Assembly: GCA_000708835.1 (NCBI GenBank)
Contig: DF237149.1
Coordinates: forward strand, 83,939 to 147,938
Origin: Klebsormidium nitens
Taxonomy: Eukaryota; Plantae; Klebsormidiophyceae
Reading direction: 5' to 3'
DNA length: 64,000 nt
The notes under the pieces are model-generated. The model was not told where the DNA came from and did not search any database. It was given only the letters and a program-made list of their open reading frames with translations. The position numbers and the translations under genes are program-made. Positions 12,401 through 24,400 of the stretch are shown here, piece by piece. The stretch's first letter is position 1; every line of letters begins with the position of its first letter.

Positions 12401-15400
12401 TTAAATCGGTTATCAAAACCTCGCTGTCAACAATGAGTGATACCGGCAGACTTCCGTGTCCTTCGAAAGATTTATAATTGAAGTAGTGTGATATCGACAG
12501 CCCACCTGAGCAGCGCTGAGGGCGAGAGCCAGCCGGAGATGGCCATGGCGTTGACAGAGAACCCGGTTTTCAAAACCTGGCTGTCAATAATGAGTGATAC
12601 CGGCAGACTTCCGTGTCCTTGAAAAGATTTATCTCTAACTAAAGTAGTGTCATCTTGACAGCCCACCTGAGCAGCGCCGAGTGCGAGAGCCAGCCGGAGA
12701 TGGCCATGGCGTGCGCGAGCGCCTTGACCTTGACACTAATTTGGACTTTGCTTTACCCCCGGTGTCAAAACCGGCCACCAGATTGGCACTGGCAGACGTT
12801 TGTGCCCTGAAAATGGATGTGGTGTCAAGATAACCGCCCACCTGAGCAGCGCCGAATGCGAGAGCCAGCCGGAGATGGCCATGGCGTGCGCGAGCGCCTT
12901 GACCTTGAGGCGCCAGCGTTCTTTCCCGGTGACGCTAGACTTGACCTCCGCGAGAGTTGGGGCGGAAGGAAGCTTGGTGGCTTCCGTAGTCGCTTCGTCC
13001 GCAAAGCGCACGATGTCCTCGATGAGCGTCATGGCACCTACGCCGATCTTGCCTGAACAACGAGAAGTTTGCCTTCCGTAAGATTGGCTGGAAAAGAGGT
13101 AGTGAAACCAAGAATGGTGGGAGTGAAATGGAGAAAACGGTACTCAATTTCGTCGCTTCGGTGGTCGCCTCGTCGGCAAAGCGCACAAATTCATCCACGT
13201 CCTGGATTCATTTCACGGCACCCACGCCACTCTTGCTAAACGCGAAAAACGTTGCGTTCTGTAAGATCTTCACAAGCTCGTAAGAAGGGATCGTCATAAA
13301 TCGGATGGAGGATAACTAACAATTGCTGTTCTAGCTTTCAAATGATTAAGGGCCGCCAAAGCAGGCTACCGAAAATAGGTGCGCTCTGCGTGGGCCCATA
13401 ATCGTGGCGCCGAGCTCCGGGACGCATTTGAGATCCGCTAGTAACCCCAACACCACCTTTCAAAGAAACGCACGGTGCTGTCATGAAGGTCGCCAATCGA
13501 GTACGACCGCAGACTAGACTCCTCATCAGTCTTGTGTCAAAAGAAGGTTGAAAGCACTTACCGTTGGAGAGGCGCGCTTTGCGCGGGCCCATGACTGTGG
13601 CGCCCAATTCCGTGAGCGTTTTGAGGTTCCGCTGGCAGACGGGGCTGTCGAACATGATGGAGTTCATGGCGGGCGCGGCGATGAACGGCTTCCTGCAGCG
13701 GAAAACGGAACAGCGGAACGCTTGTGAGCAGTGGTAAAATGGACAGTGCATGTTCGAAAAGGGCGCTCCCGTGCCCTTCTTTTGGAGGAAGCTTTCGAAA
13801 GCAGGTGAAGGATTCTGGTTCCGGTGGCAGCATTGATGACCAGACAGACGCTTGGCTAAGGAATGCGCTGACGACCTGGATTCAGCACCGCATCACCACT
13901 CGTCACTCTTGCCAAGGCCGGAACGAAGGAAGAAAGTGAAACGAGAGAGGGCCTCCACGATTGTCCAGACCGCATGCATTTGAAGCTGGCGCGAAGTATC
14001 CGTCATGCACAAATCCAGAGCAGTGAAAAGCGTACTGGAGAAGGAACCAGGAGCGGCATCTGTATTCTGACGGCCGTAAGGTTAATCTAGAAACGTTGAA
14101 GGCAAAATTATAGCCATGTTGGAGAAGCAACGAAAATGAGATCGGGACGTGTGGTTCCCGAGGCGCTCACTTCTTCCACTCCCACGCGGACACGACTGAC
14201 GTCAGCAGGTTGTCCCCGACGCCGTGGCAGATCTTGCCGAGCGTGTTACACGTCATCGGCGCAATGATGAGGATGTCGGCCCAGTCGCGCAGCCACAGAT
14301 GCCGAGCAATCACCTGCGGAGGAAGCGGTCCTTGGGTTTGGATTTGTAAGTTTCGAAATATTCTGAGTCTTAGGGTATCAGGCTATTCAGGGCCTACTTT
14401 GCGGGCTCAGTGACGCTCTGAGGGCCATGCTATGATAAAGTGGATCCGGGCTGTGGCTTACGGAAAGCTGTTCTTGAGAGAGTGTTCCGGACTGTCCGAA
14501 AGTTTCTCGAAAAGGATGAAGAAGTATCCAGGCAATCGTAAGGGGGAATAGCGTAGCTCGATTCAGAACAGACCTAAGACAAAGAAGGGAAGAAGAGAAT
14601 CTGGTATCTATGGACAGAAGATGTTAAGTCGATGATGCACAGCTTGAGAGGAAGCTTTTTGAGCAAGTGAATCACTGTGCTTCGAGGCTTTCACATGGAG
14701 CAAGATAACTGCAACCTACGGCAGCGATAACGAGAAGAGGAAGCAAGGTGCTTGGTAGGAACAGGGAGGAGATCGACCGAGCTACGTAAGGTAAAGGGTC
14801 CCGGGAACCACTTACCGGCATACCGAACGTGTACTCGAAGTTCCATTCATGGTGGTCTGCAAAAGAGAGATGATACTTCAGTTGTCGCACTCAATTTGAG
14901 CATCTTATTGATTGTTGGCCAGGTTTGAGGAATAAGCGTCCTCAGCGGCATTTTTAAAAAACCTTACGCGACCTACAAATGCAGTCAGTACGACCGAGAG
15001 ACTTAAAATTACTGCTGTCAAGTGACCGGGGCGATACGCACGTTGACAGTCTTCTGAGCTTCGACCATTCCTGCTCTCTCCTAATTTGGCCACGGTAGAT
15101 GTCCGAAAAGATAGGCAACTCCGAGCACTCCATTCAAATCTCAAGACACATCACTGGAATGACAGACCCCAGCGCAAAGCCGGGAAAGAGCAAAGCAAGC
15201 AAAGACGGCGAGGCCGAGCGTATTCTCACCGTAATAGATGTCGTCCTCTTTCAGTACCGATGTGAGGACCCGCATGCCATCCTGCAGAGAGGATTGTAGC
15301 CGATGTGAATATGCTGAAGCGAAGACGAACGCAATCAAGACGTGCTCAATCAGCAGGTCAACGTCGAAATAGGTTTAACGCCGATTGCACCAAAAGCCAG

Positions 15401-18400
15401 CAGTTACTTCCACCCATCACGCAATAGCCCAATGCGGGAAAGCAGAATTTGAGAGGTGAAAGATGAAAGGTGGCAACGAAGGCTTTCCCCGAACTCAAAC
15501 GTATAAAACGGTAACCAACCCTGGAACTGTATCCAAAAGATCGAAGATGTGGCCAGCTGATCTCTCACGGTTCAGGTATCTACCGAGAGCCCAATCCGAG
15601 GAAAGAAGTCAATAGGAAAAAGAAACGCAGAGTCCCTGTCCTCAAATGAGATCCCCTCAGAGCACTCACCCGGAAGAAGTGCCGCGAGTTCTCGGACGGC
15701 TCCAATTTCAAATCGAATTTGCCGGTAGCAGCAACTCATCCTTACCGACCAGATAACTAAAGCCCAGTATAATTGGATGAAAAGACAAAGACAACACCAC
15801 TCATACCAGAGAGATTCCCTCAGAGCACTCACCCGGAAGAAGTGCCGCGAATTCTCGGACGGCACCACTTTGACGTTGAACTTGCCGGTGGCCAGCAGTT
15901 CCTCCACGAGTGCCGGCAGCTTGTCGGCGGCCGATGACGCGGCGCTGCCGACTAGCACGTTCGCCTTGGGGCCGTCCCATGCGACGACATTCTTCGGCGG
16001 GGGGGGGCCGTCCCAGTGCCAGTGGGGCCCTTCGTGGTCGTAGTTCATCTGTTTGGGGGGGGAGCAAAAACGAAATTTCATTTAATAATAGGGTTTGAAG
16101 GACCCGCTGATGGCGTCGAACGTCGTCCATGAGTTTGATACGAAACACGCGTTCAAAAACTTTTCCGCGTTCAAAAACTCGTGACCTATTTTGAGGTAGA
16201 ACACCTTTCCAGGGGTATGCTTCTGGAAACCAGACGAGAAAGAGGGCCGTCCCATGTGACATTATTCATCGGCGGGGGGGGAGCCGTCCCAGTGCCCATC
16301 GTGGTCGTACTTCATCTGTGGGGGGTTGGCAAATGGGTTTAATGAAAAAACTTCATGGAAGGGAAAAGGAGGGGCGTCCCACGCGACGACAGTTCGGGGG
16401 GGGGGGGGGGCGTGCCAGTGCCAGTGGGGCCCCTCGTTATCGTGTTTTTGAAAACGTATAGCAAATGACTTCGGATATCTGCATTTCGGATATTGTTCGA
16501 CAGAAACGATGTCCTATCTGACGATATTACTCAGGGTAGGGGGGGCCCGCGTCCCAGTGCCAGTGGGGGCCCTCGTGGTCGTGGTTCATCTGTTATCAGA
16601 GGAAAGATCTGATTCAGTACCTGCATTGGACTGTGGGGAGGGGCAATATGCTTTCTAAAACAATGTGTCGTCCTCTTTCAGAACAAGCTTGGTGGGCGAT
16701 GGTCGTCCAAATGAGTGTGGTCCTCGCAGTCGCCTCTGTTGTTCTTACAGCAGAACAAGAGTCTTCCGAGTCGGAAGAATGTAAAGAGGAAACGTGCAAC
16801 TCGAAAACAAATGTAGAAGAAGAAAGCGCCGCTTTAGTGTTAAATCGGGGCCCTCTTAGTCGTCTGAGACGCTTTTCTTTGGGGGCAATTTTCCGGCGAA
16901 CTCGTTTGTGAATCAAGGAGAGGGCATACCAGTCGAGGGGCCCATTTTCGCGCGAGAAGGTCAAAGGCAGCGTTAGAGGGGGCCCTTCTTGAGTACCTCA
17001 AGAGATTGGGACGCATAACCGAGCTCACTAAAAAGCACCCAGTTCATTTCAACGCCCCCATGTGAGCTTTTCGCCCCAGCTGTTTAAGACTTTAAATAAC
17101 TACAACCCCTAAAAGTGCAATGACTTCGAAACCAGAGCACCTCCGCTTACCAAGCAACACCGCTTGTAGCCTTGGGAGGCCGCCATGTCGAGCGTGTACT
17201 CCGTAACGCAGCTGGCAATGCCCTTGTCGACCTCCTCTAGTTTCTGCGAAGTCTGTGCGCTGTAGTACATTAGGCACTTGGCCTCTGCTGACCCGTCCGG
17301 TTTGCAGATTGCCGTCGGCTTGCGAATGTACCTGTAGGCACAGTGAAAGGCATCAAGCTTTGGAATTCGGTTCGACTTGCCGATGCTCTTAAGGTGAAGG
17401 CAAGAGTTAGAACAGATTTAAAGATGGAAAGTGCGAAAGCGTTTGTGATAGCTGGTCGAAGAAGTTTGAAAGGCAATCACTTCAACTTGGTGGGACCTAA
17501 GGATAAGTAGAATCTACACACTTGTGGAGAAATCTACACTTCTGAAAGAGTATGGTGTGAGGCATTCTCCAAGGTGTCAAGCCTGGCCTGCACACGCTTT
17601 CTATTTGCAAACGTAGCGGCAGGAAGAATGCAGTTCGTGTACGAAAGCTTGAAGCTTTGTAGACCTTCCTAAACAAACCCCACTTGTGGAGGGAACCGCC
17701 TATGAGGTGGGGGATAACTTACGAGCTGTTTGCGAGGTCGTCCGGTATGAAGTTCTCCAGGATGTCGAAGGCGTCCAGCGTTACCTTGTCGATAGCGTAT
17801 AGCTCGCCCATAACCTGGCCACTGCCCTGGCCGGGTCTGCATAAGCAGAGAGACGATGACAAAGTCAGCACAGGAGAAGAGGGATCGAGAGACTTTGGTT
17901 GCCACAGTGCATTGCTGTTCGGCTGCAAAAAGGTGTTGCTGAATTGAGGTGAAGACGCTCTGCACGAAAGGGCAAAGAATCTGCTTTTTGATGACCTAAT
18001 GGCCCGTTCGTGCTGGTCAAACGGACAAGAGAACGACAACCGTTGAAGGAACCTCAGCTAGACCATTGAAAGGTCCAAAGACCCTTGGAAAAACCTTCAA
18101 AGAAAGACAGCTGTCACAAATGCCGCAACGGGATAAGATCAAAAGGTCTTCCTTTCACGAAAAAGCAGACCGAAATAGTGTAGCACAATGACCAAGTCTG
18201 AACACCAGCACTTCCGGGGAATTCGCCTAGCGCAGGTGTCGATTCTGCCCAAAAGGAACCAACAAAGGCAACAATTAGGGAGGGAAACCTACGCGTCCAG
18301 CAGCGTGCACGCACGGTGCAGCAGCCGGCACCCCGCGTTGGTGCAGCTGGGCAGCGTCGGCACGACAAGTGGCAGGCTCTCCTTGGTGACACGTGGCCCC

Positions 18401-21400
18401 ACGAAGTCGTGAAGCGCCTCCTCGAACTGTCCCCGGTTCGCGAACCCCTGCTTCAGCGTCCCGTATGTGAAAAACAAAAACGGCCGGTCGGGCTTCCCCG
18501 AGTAAACCCCGAGAGCCTCCGCCACAGCAACCGGGTCGCTCCCCTGTTCCCCGACCATATTTTCTTCGTCTTCTTCTTCCTCTTCATCGCTTGCGAGCCC
18601 GTCCACCGGCTGCACGTTAGCACCCGCCGCGGCTTTCTCGTCGTCGTCTTCCTCCTCGGGAATGTTTACGGGAACGTCGTACCGGCCCGGGCGCTCCATG
18701 ATGCTCGGCATCGGCTCCGGCGGCCGCGCGCGGACGGACTGCACCCGGGGGACTCCCCCGGGGCCTGCTCCGGAGGGATCCCCCTCGAGCCCGAGGATGG
18801 ACATCACTTTGGGCGACATGCTGTCGGTCTGGGTGAGGTTCCGGGATTGGGCCCGGGAAGGAGCCCGCGGAATTCCGAGATTCCGGCGGAGGGTGGATTG
18901 CCGGCGCTCGTAAGTGGATGCGCGGCGCTCGGCGCTGTTGGCCATCTTGGCCATGTTGTACGCGGTGAGGGCGGACTCCGCGGCCTCGCACACGAAGGCG
19001 CTGCAGGGGGCGGAACGGCGGAATCAGGGGGGACCGAAGGGCGGGAAGGGCGGACATAGACCGGCAGTGACACAACAGAACGGACACGCGAACATTGCTC
19101 GCATCTCAAAGGCCATGGGGTACGTGACAGGGAAAGCTTAAAAAGGACACGAGACCATGATGAAACTCTGTTCTGGGGGGGAAGTGGATATACAGAGACA
19201 CACACCGCCCGCTCGAAACCGAGTGTCCGAACTGGTCAAGCACAGGCAGCTCTTGCAAGCCACGGCTATCCAATTGAAAACACTGATAAGATCGTAAGAC
19301 GCGCGGAATAATCCGACAATGCAGAGACCAGACGTCAATTTCAGAAAGTCGTCCCATTCGCTTCTTTTCCAATCAAGCCCCAATCCAAACCGATCGAAGC
19401 TCCGGAGCTGAAGTTACATGACGAACACTTGCATCGACTACTCAAAGCTCATTCCCAACTTGGTACAGTACTCATTTGCAGCTTCCTAGCCCCGCTGAAC
19501 AAAACTAGTCAAACCAGAACCGGTTGTTACTAACCTGTTCAGTCGGCTGGGCGCGGGCGCTTGGTTGGCGTTGGAAGTTTTGCTCACGACGCGGATCATG
19601 CCCCGGCCACGTCCGATGGACAAGTCGCGCTTCTTGCACGCGGCAAACAGGCGGCCAACCGCGCATCGCCAGTAGCGCGCATAGGAGCGGGGCTGGACAC
19701 TTGCCAGGATAACCTCCTCCCTGGTTAGGGTTAAAAAACGGGTTTTGAATTAAATGATTTGTGATGAAGCTGAATGAGGTGGAGGATTGGGTTGGGGTGA
19801 GAAGTGGTGTGACCGAGGCTGGACATTCGCCAGGATCACTTTCTCCCCGGACCAAGTTCAAGTTTCCAATCGGGAAGAAAACTGTAGGAAAAGAGCCACT
19901 CAGCGTTGAGTGAAGCTACAGAGACTTGACAACCTACCGTGATCACTGACGGTTTTCCCGTTCATTTGAACTCCCTGTTTCTTGTTTGAGCCCTTGAACA
20001 TAGGGCGAGCATTGGTGAGAAAGTTCCGAAGAAAGAAAGAAGGTTCACAATAAAGACTGAACTCCCCGATCCTTCTTGTGGTTAGCTTAAGTTAGCGCAT
20101 TGAGAAGGTCTCATCACTACGTAATCTTGCAAGCTCTGCAATCCTGTAAAGAGTGCATGCAGCTCGGCGGCTTACAAGAAAAGCAACATCGAAATTGTAA
20201 ACACAAGCTCGCAAAGTCCAAGGTTATGAGGCCAAGAAGCGGGAAAGGAAGCTCACTTCTCCTTATCGACAGCTGCTACTAGCGCGTACTCTCCTCCCGA
20301 CGCGTGGCTTGTAATGTTGACCTTTGCGCCCAGAGCAGTGTCGATGTCGAAGTTGAGAATCACCGCTGTGTCTTGGTTCGCTACGGCGTCCTGCAGAAGC
20401 GGAGTGCGTCAGGATAACGTCAGCATTCTCCTACAAGTCAGTGAAGCCTTCCTCACAACGTTCTAGGTTGGAGTTCATCATCAACGTGGAGAACCTGAAG
20501 GGGCTTGAGTCAAAACGCCGTCCTTCAAGTGGTCCAGAAAAAGCTTGTGAGAGGACTCGCTCTGCAAGGTTCAATCAAAGCTTTCGCAAGCATTGACAGA
20601 GAAAATCAGATTTGCAATTGCGAGTACGTTGGCGTGGCAGGCTTTAGTCTCTGATCTATTTCTATCGTGATGGGGGCGCATTGTGAAACTTACCATCATA
20701 CAGCGCCAGAATGTCTCAGGCAGAATCTTGTTGTCGTCCATGTGGTAAATCTCCACCTGCAAGATTGTCAAAGAACGAAAAGTTTGTTCCAGTCTCACAG
20801 TGCAGTCTTCAGGCGGGTCAGAAGGGTTTGAGTCGTCCACAACCGTTTTCAGCAAGCGCAGCCACAAAGCCAGAAAGTCCAGTGTACATGTCGGATGGTG
20901 AAAAACGTTGTCTCCGATATGTGGTCATCAGAGGACCGGTTGCAAGCACTCTCGACGCTTGGTTCAGTGACTTCGGAGAAGAACTGCTTCAAAGAATTGA
21001 AACATAGAGTACGACCCAGTGGAGCCCAAAAGGCGCACAAGAGGTGATGTTGGCATGAACTGTGTCAAATGATAGTATTGATCCACACTGACGCGGATTT
21101 CAATGATCCGCTCCGCCTCGACTAGATTTCGAAACCACAGCGCATGTGTCTAAAGCGCAAGAACAACGACACGAGCTTGATAGCGCCAGCTTTGAAGCGG
21201 GGCGCATTCACCTTGACTGGCAGCTGCCTGGTCTGCACCACCTCGACCATGGTGTGAAAAGTGTCGGCGAGCGTCATGTTCCCGTCGGTCACGGCGCGCA
21301 GCGGCAGCTGGGCCGTGTGGAAGATATCGTCCACGCTCGTCTTCTTGCCGATCGCCGAAAGAGCATACGCTATGGCCGTCACGTTGCCGCACGCGATGGG

Positions 21401-24400
21401 GGCGTGCAGGGAGCGCTCGTCGACCTGGCACGTTGGAAGCAGAAAGCTTTTAAAGTCATCTCGTCACAATTCGAACTTAGCCCTGAACAAAGGCCTCTAG
21501 CATGAAACACCTTTACCATTTCAAGTTCAAGCTTTAATCACTCCTACACAAGACTCTCTTGTACTTGAATTTAATCCCAAACGAGCTCAACGCTTCTGGC
21601 CTCTGTCGCCTCAACCTCCCACTGACTGCCAAGCAAATGACGCATGAGCTGATTAGCATGATTCCTTTGCGAAAGGGCTTACATCTTGGGATCGTCATTC
21701 GTCTTGGCTGACAAGAAAAGCTCAAGACAAGTGTTAAGGCCACTACCTAAACGACCGTCTGCACAGCCTTCGGACCACAGGTAACGATGTCCAGCGACGA
21801 CCTTTCGGTGCAGGCAAAAACAAGCAGACCTGCAGAGCAACCATGAGCAGAAGCGAAAGCTCACCCCAGCGATCCCCTTGTGAATGCCTGGCGGGTTCCA
21901 AACCGCCTCCTGGGGCCACGGGTTAGTGTACGGGTTATCCTTGTGGGTTATCCGGATGCACCCCCGCGACCGCTTAGAGGTAGAGTCCTTGTCCTGCGGC
22001 AGCGAGGGATATGACGTCAGCGAGGGATATGACGTCAGGCCTTGGGGTGCGCGTCGACCGGGAATCTACTTAACACCTGTGTTGCCTTTGTCGTACCGCC
22101 AAGTAGGAGGTACGGTACGGTTCAGGCCGAAATACGGCTTTAGAATGTACCTCTCTGACCACGTGGATCTACTGGACCATTCAGTTGGCTCAAAGCTCGG
22201 GGATTCTCTGCAGCGCTTCTTTATCTGCGAATTGTTGGCAATCTGACTCATCACTTTCTATGGTCCCTGCAGTTTGCCAGGTTTGTGAATTTCCGGCCTT
22301 TGGTTCAGAAATCTGTGTTCAATGGACCTAGAAGAGGTAGAACTGGAGCCAGAGTCGAAAGCGTTAGGAGAAAGAACCATTGCCAGCGTCCAAGAAAGCG
22401 CAGTTTGTATGAGGTCTTTGAACGCGAATCGCGGACCCGGCTTCACGAACAGCCTTGGTCGAGACTCCGTACATCGCTTCGCTTCCGTGTATCACAACAG
22501 GAACGATGAGGCGCGAGAAAGACAAGTCTTATACGAGAAAAATGAGACTGAAACCAGGGATAAAGAGGGTGAAGAAAGTGACTACACCTGCATCGCTCGG
22601 AACATGCGGTTCGGCGTGCACCGCCAGTATCGCAGGTACTTCTTGGGGTTGACGTCAGCAATGACGAGGTGGCCGTCCGTGTCCCATCCTCCCAGGAGCG
22701 CGAAGTGCCCACCGCCGATCGCGACTCCCTCCTGGATTCCGTGCGCGATGTTGACGTTGAAGTTGAGGAGGTACATTTCGACGTCCTTGGAGGACGCCGC
22801 CCGGCGCAGGCTGACCTCAGCAACCTGTCAGCACGAGAAAGGTCTGACGTCAGANNNNNNNNNNNNNNNNNNNNNNNNNNNNNNNNNNNNNNNNNNNNNN
22901 NNNNNNNNNNNNNNNNNNNNNNNNNNNNNNNNNNNNNNNNNNNNNNNNNNNNNNNNNNNNNNNNNNNNNNNNNNNNNNNNNNNNNNNNNNNNNNNNNNNN
23001 NNNNNNNNNNNNNNNNNNNNNNNNNNNNNNNNNNNNNNNNNNNNNNNNNNNNNNNNNNNNNNNNNNNNTGAGGAGGGAATGACGTCAGCTTCATGCAGTG
23101 ATAAGAAGTCGTCATCAAAGCCGAGGTCGAAAGCAGAAGTGTTGGTTAAGCATAGAAGGAATGAAGTAGGATTGGAGGGAAGGGGGACGAACAAGGAAAG
23201 CAAAGAAGAAACACCTGAGCCCACCTGTTCTGCGAAGTCCTGTTCGCTCAGGCGTCCCTCGTCGAAGAAGAAGAGCTCCACTCGGAAGGGTAGGTTCCGC
23301 CCCTCGACGTATCTACAGGCCACTTGGAACGTGTCTGCCAACGTCAGCCCCGCGTCGATGATCATCTGGGCGGGAAGGTCCGCATAGTGGAACACGTCCT
23401 CTACAGTTGTTGGGACGCTCAGAGCGGCAATTGCAAACGCGATAGCTGCATAACAGGTAGAGGATTCGAATGGGTCAGACTAATTCAGCAGAAAAAAGCA
23501 GGATTGTTGCGATGTCACGGCAGCAGCCTGATTGAGCTTTCCTAAACAGTCGTGGAAATGGCGTACCCTGGCAGGATTTGTTTTTTTTGGGAAAGAGACG
23601 AGCCTAGAGTTATTCGACCAAAAGCACGCCTCTCCGGTAAGTGGCACGCTCACGTAAGCCGTCAGAACGAGAGGACGGGCAAGTCACCCCAGATCTTGAA
23701 GGGCGTCTGCGAATCTAGACGGAAAGTCTTCCCGCTTTCTTGCTGCGTCATTCCATTTGCTTGGCGAGCCTGACCGGCCACAACGGCACCAAACATCAAT
23801 CAGGACCCACGCCCACGTTCGTTTCACCGGTCACTTTTGGTTGGTAAAGCCTTGTCGGCACTCGGGAATGGAGAAAATGACTTCCTCTTTCTGGAACCTT
23901 TCTCCGGCTATCACCCCTTCCCTCGATGGTTATTGCCATGAGCAGCTTCCAGCCGTCGGTCGACGGGGCGATAGCCAAGGCGGGGTCGAATTTTGGCGAC
24001 GGAAGGCCATGCTTCTGAGCCTCGGGCTCTGTCAGTTTGGGACACTTGAAGGAAGCTGTGACCCAAAGCGGCGGAAGCGTCTCACCTGTGATGTTACAGC
24101 AATTGAGCGGCTGCTGGAACTCGTACAAGTGGACCATGTCGAGCGCTTGCCGCCGCCCGCTGTGCTCGAACGCCTGCCCCGACAACGTGGTTCCGCCACG
24201 TGTGATGAACGACGCCTGCGGAAGGTAGGTTTGTACCATCTGATATCTATGAGCAGTCGACGGCTCCTAGGAATTGATTGGTGCAAGGAGGGTGTGTACC
24301 AGATGGCAGTCAACGAGCAAATCGACGGCTCCTAGGAGACGAGTGGTAACAGTAGGATTGCGACAGCGGCAGTCACTGTGCAGTCGTTGCGACAGACGGC

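Noticed and set aside
11985-12845. CRISPR-like array of repeats with spacers
   Set aside because: The repeats are copies of an exon end, the 'spacers' are related to each other, the context is eukaryotic and there are no cas genes.
9414-16048. Independent ankyrin gene and independent HAL3/PPCDC gene
   Set aside because: Both first exons begin directly after a consensus acceptor, and the upstream exons end in phase-matched donors without stops, so a single gene is more parsimonious (still needs cDNA confirmation).
16633-16911. Plus-strand ORF with a signal-peptide-like stretch
   Set aside because: Lies antisense inside an intron, with no splice or homology support.
18316-19059. 247-aa plus-strand ORF (and other overlapping ORFs here)
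   Set aside because: Antisense shadow of the GC-rich 708-nt exon of the fusion gene; no motifs.
22855-23068. Long X-containing ORFs over N gaps (also 37358-37755)
   Set aside because: Artefacts of undetermined bases; both gaps fall within introns.
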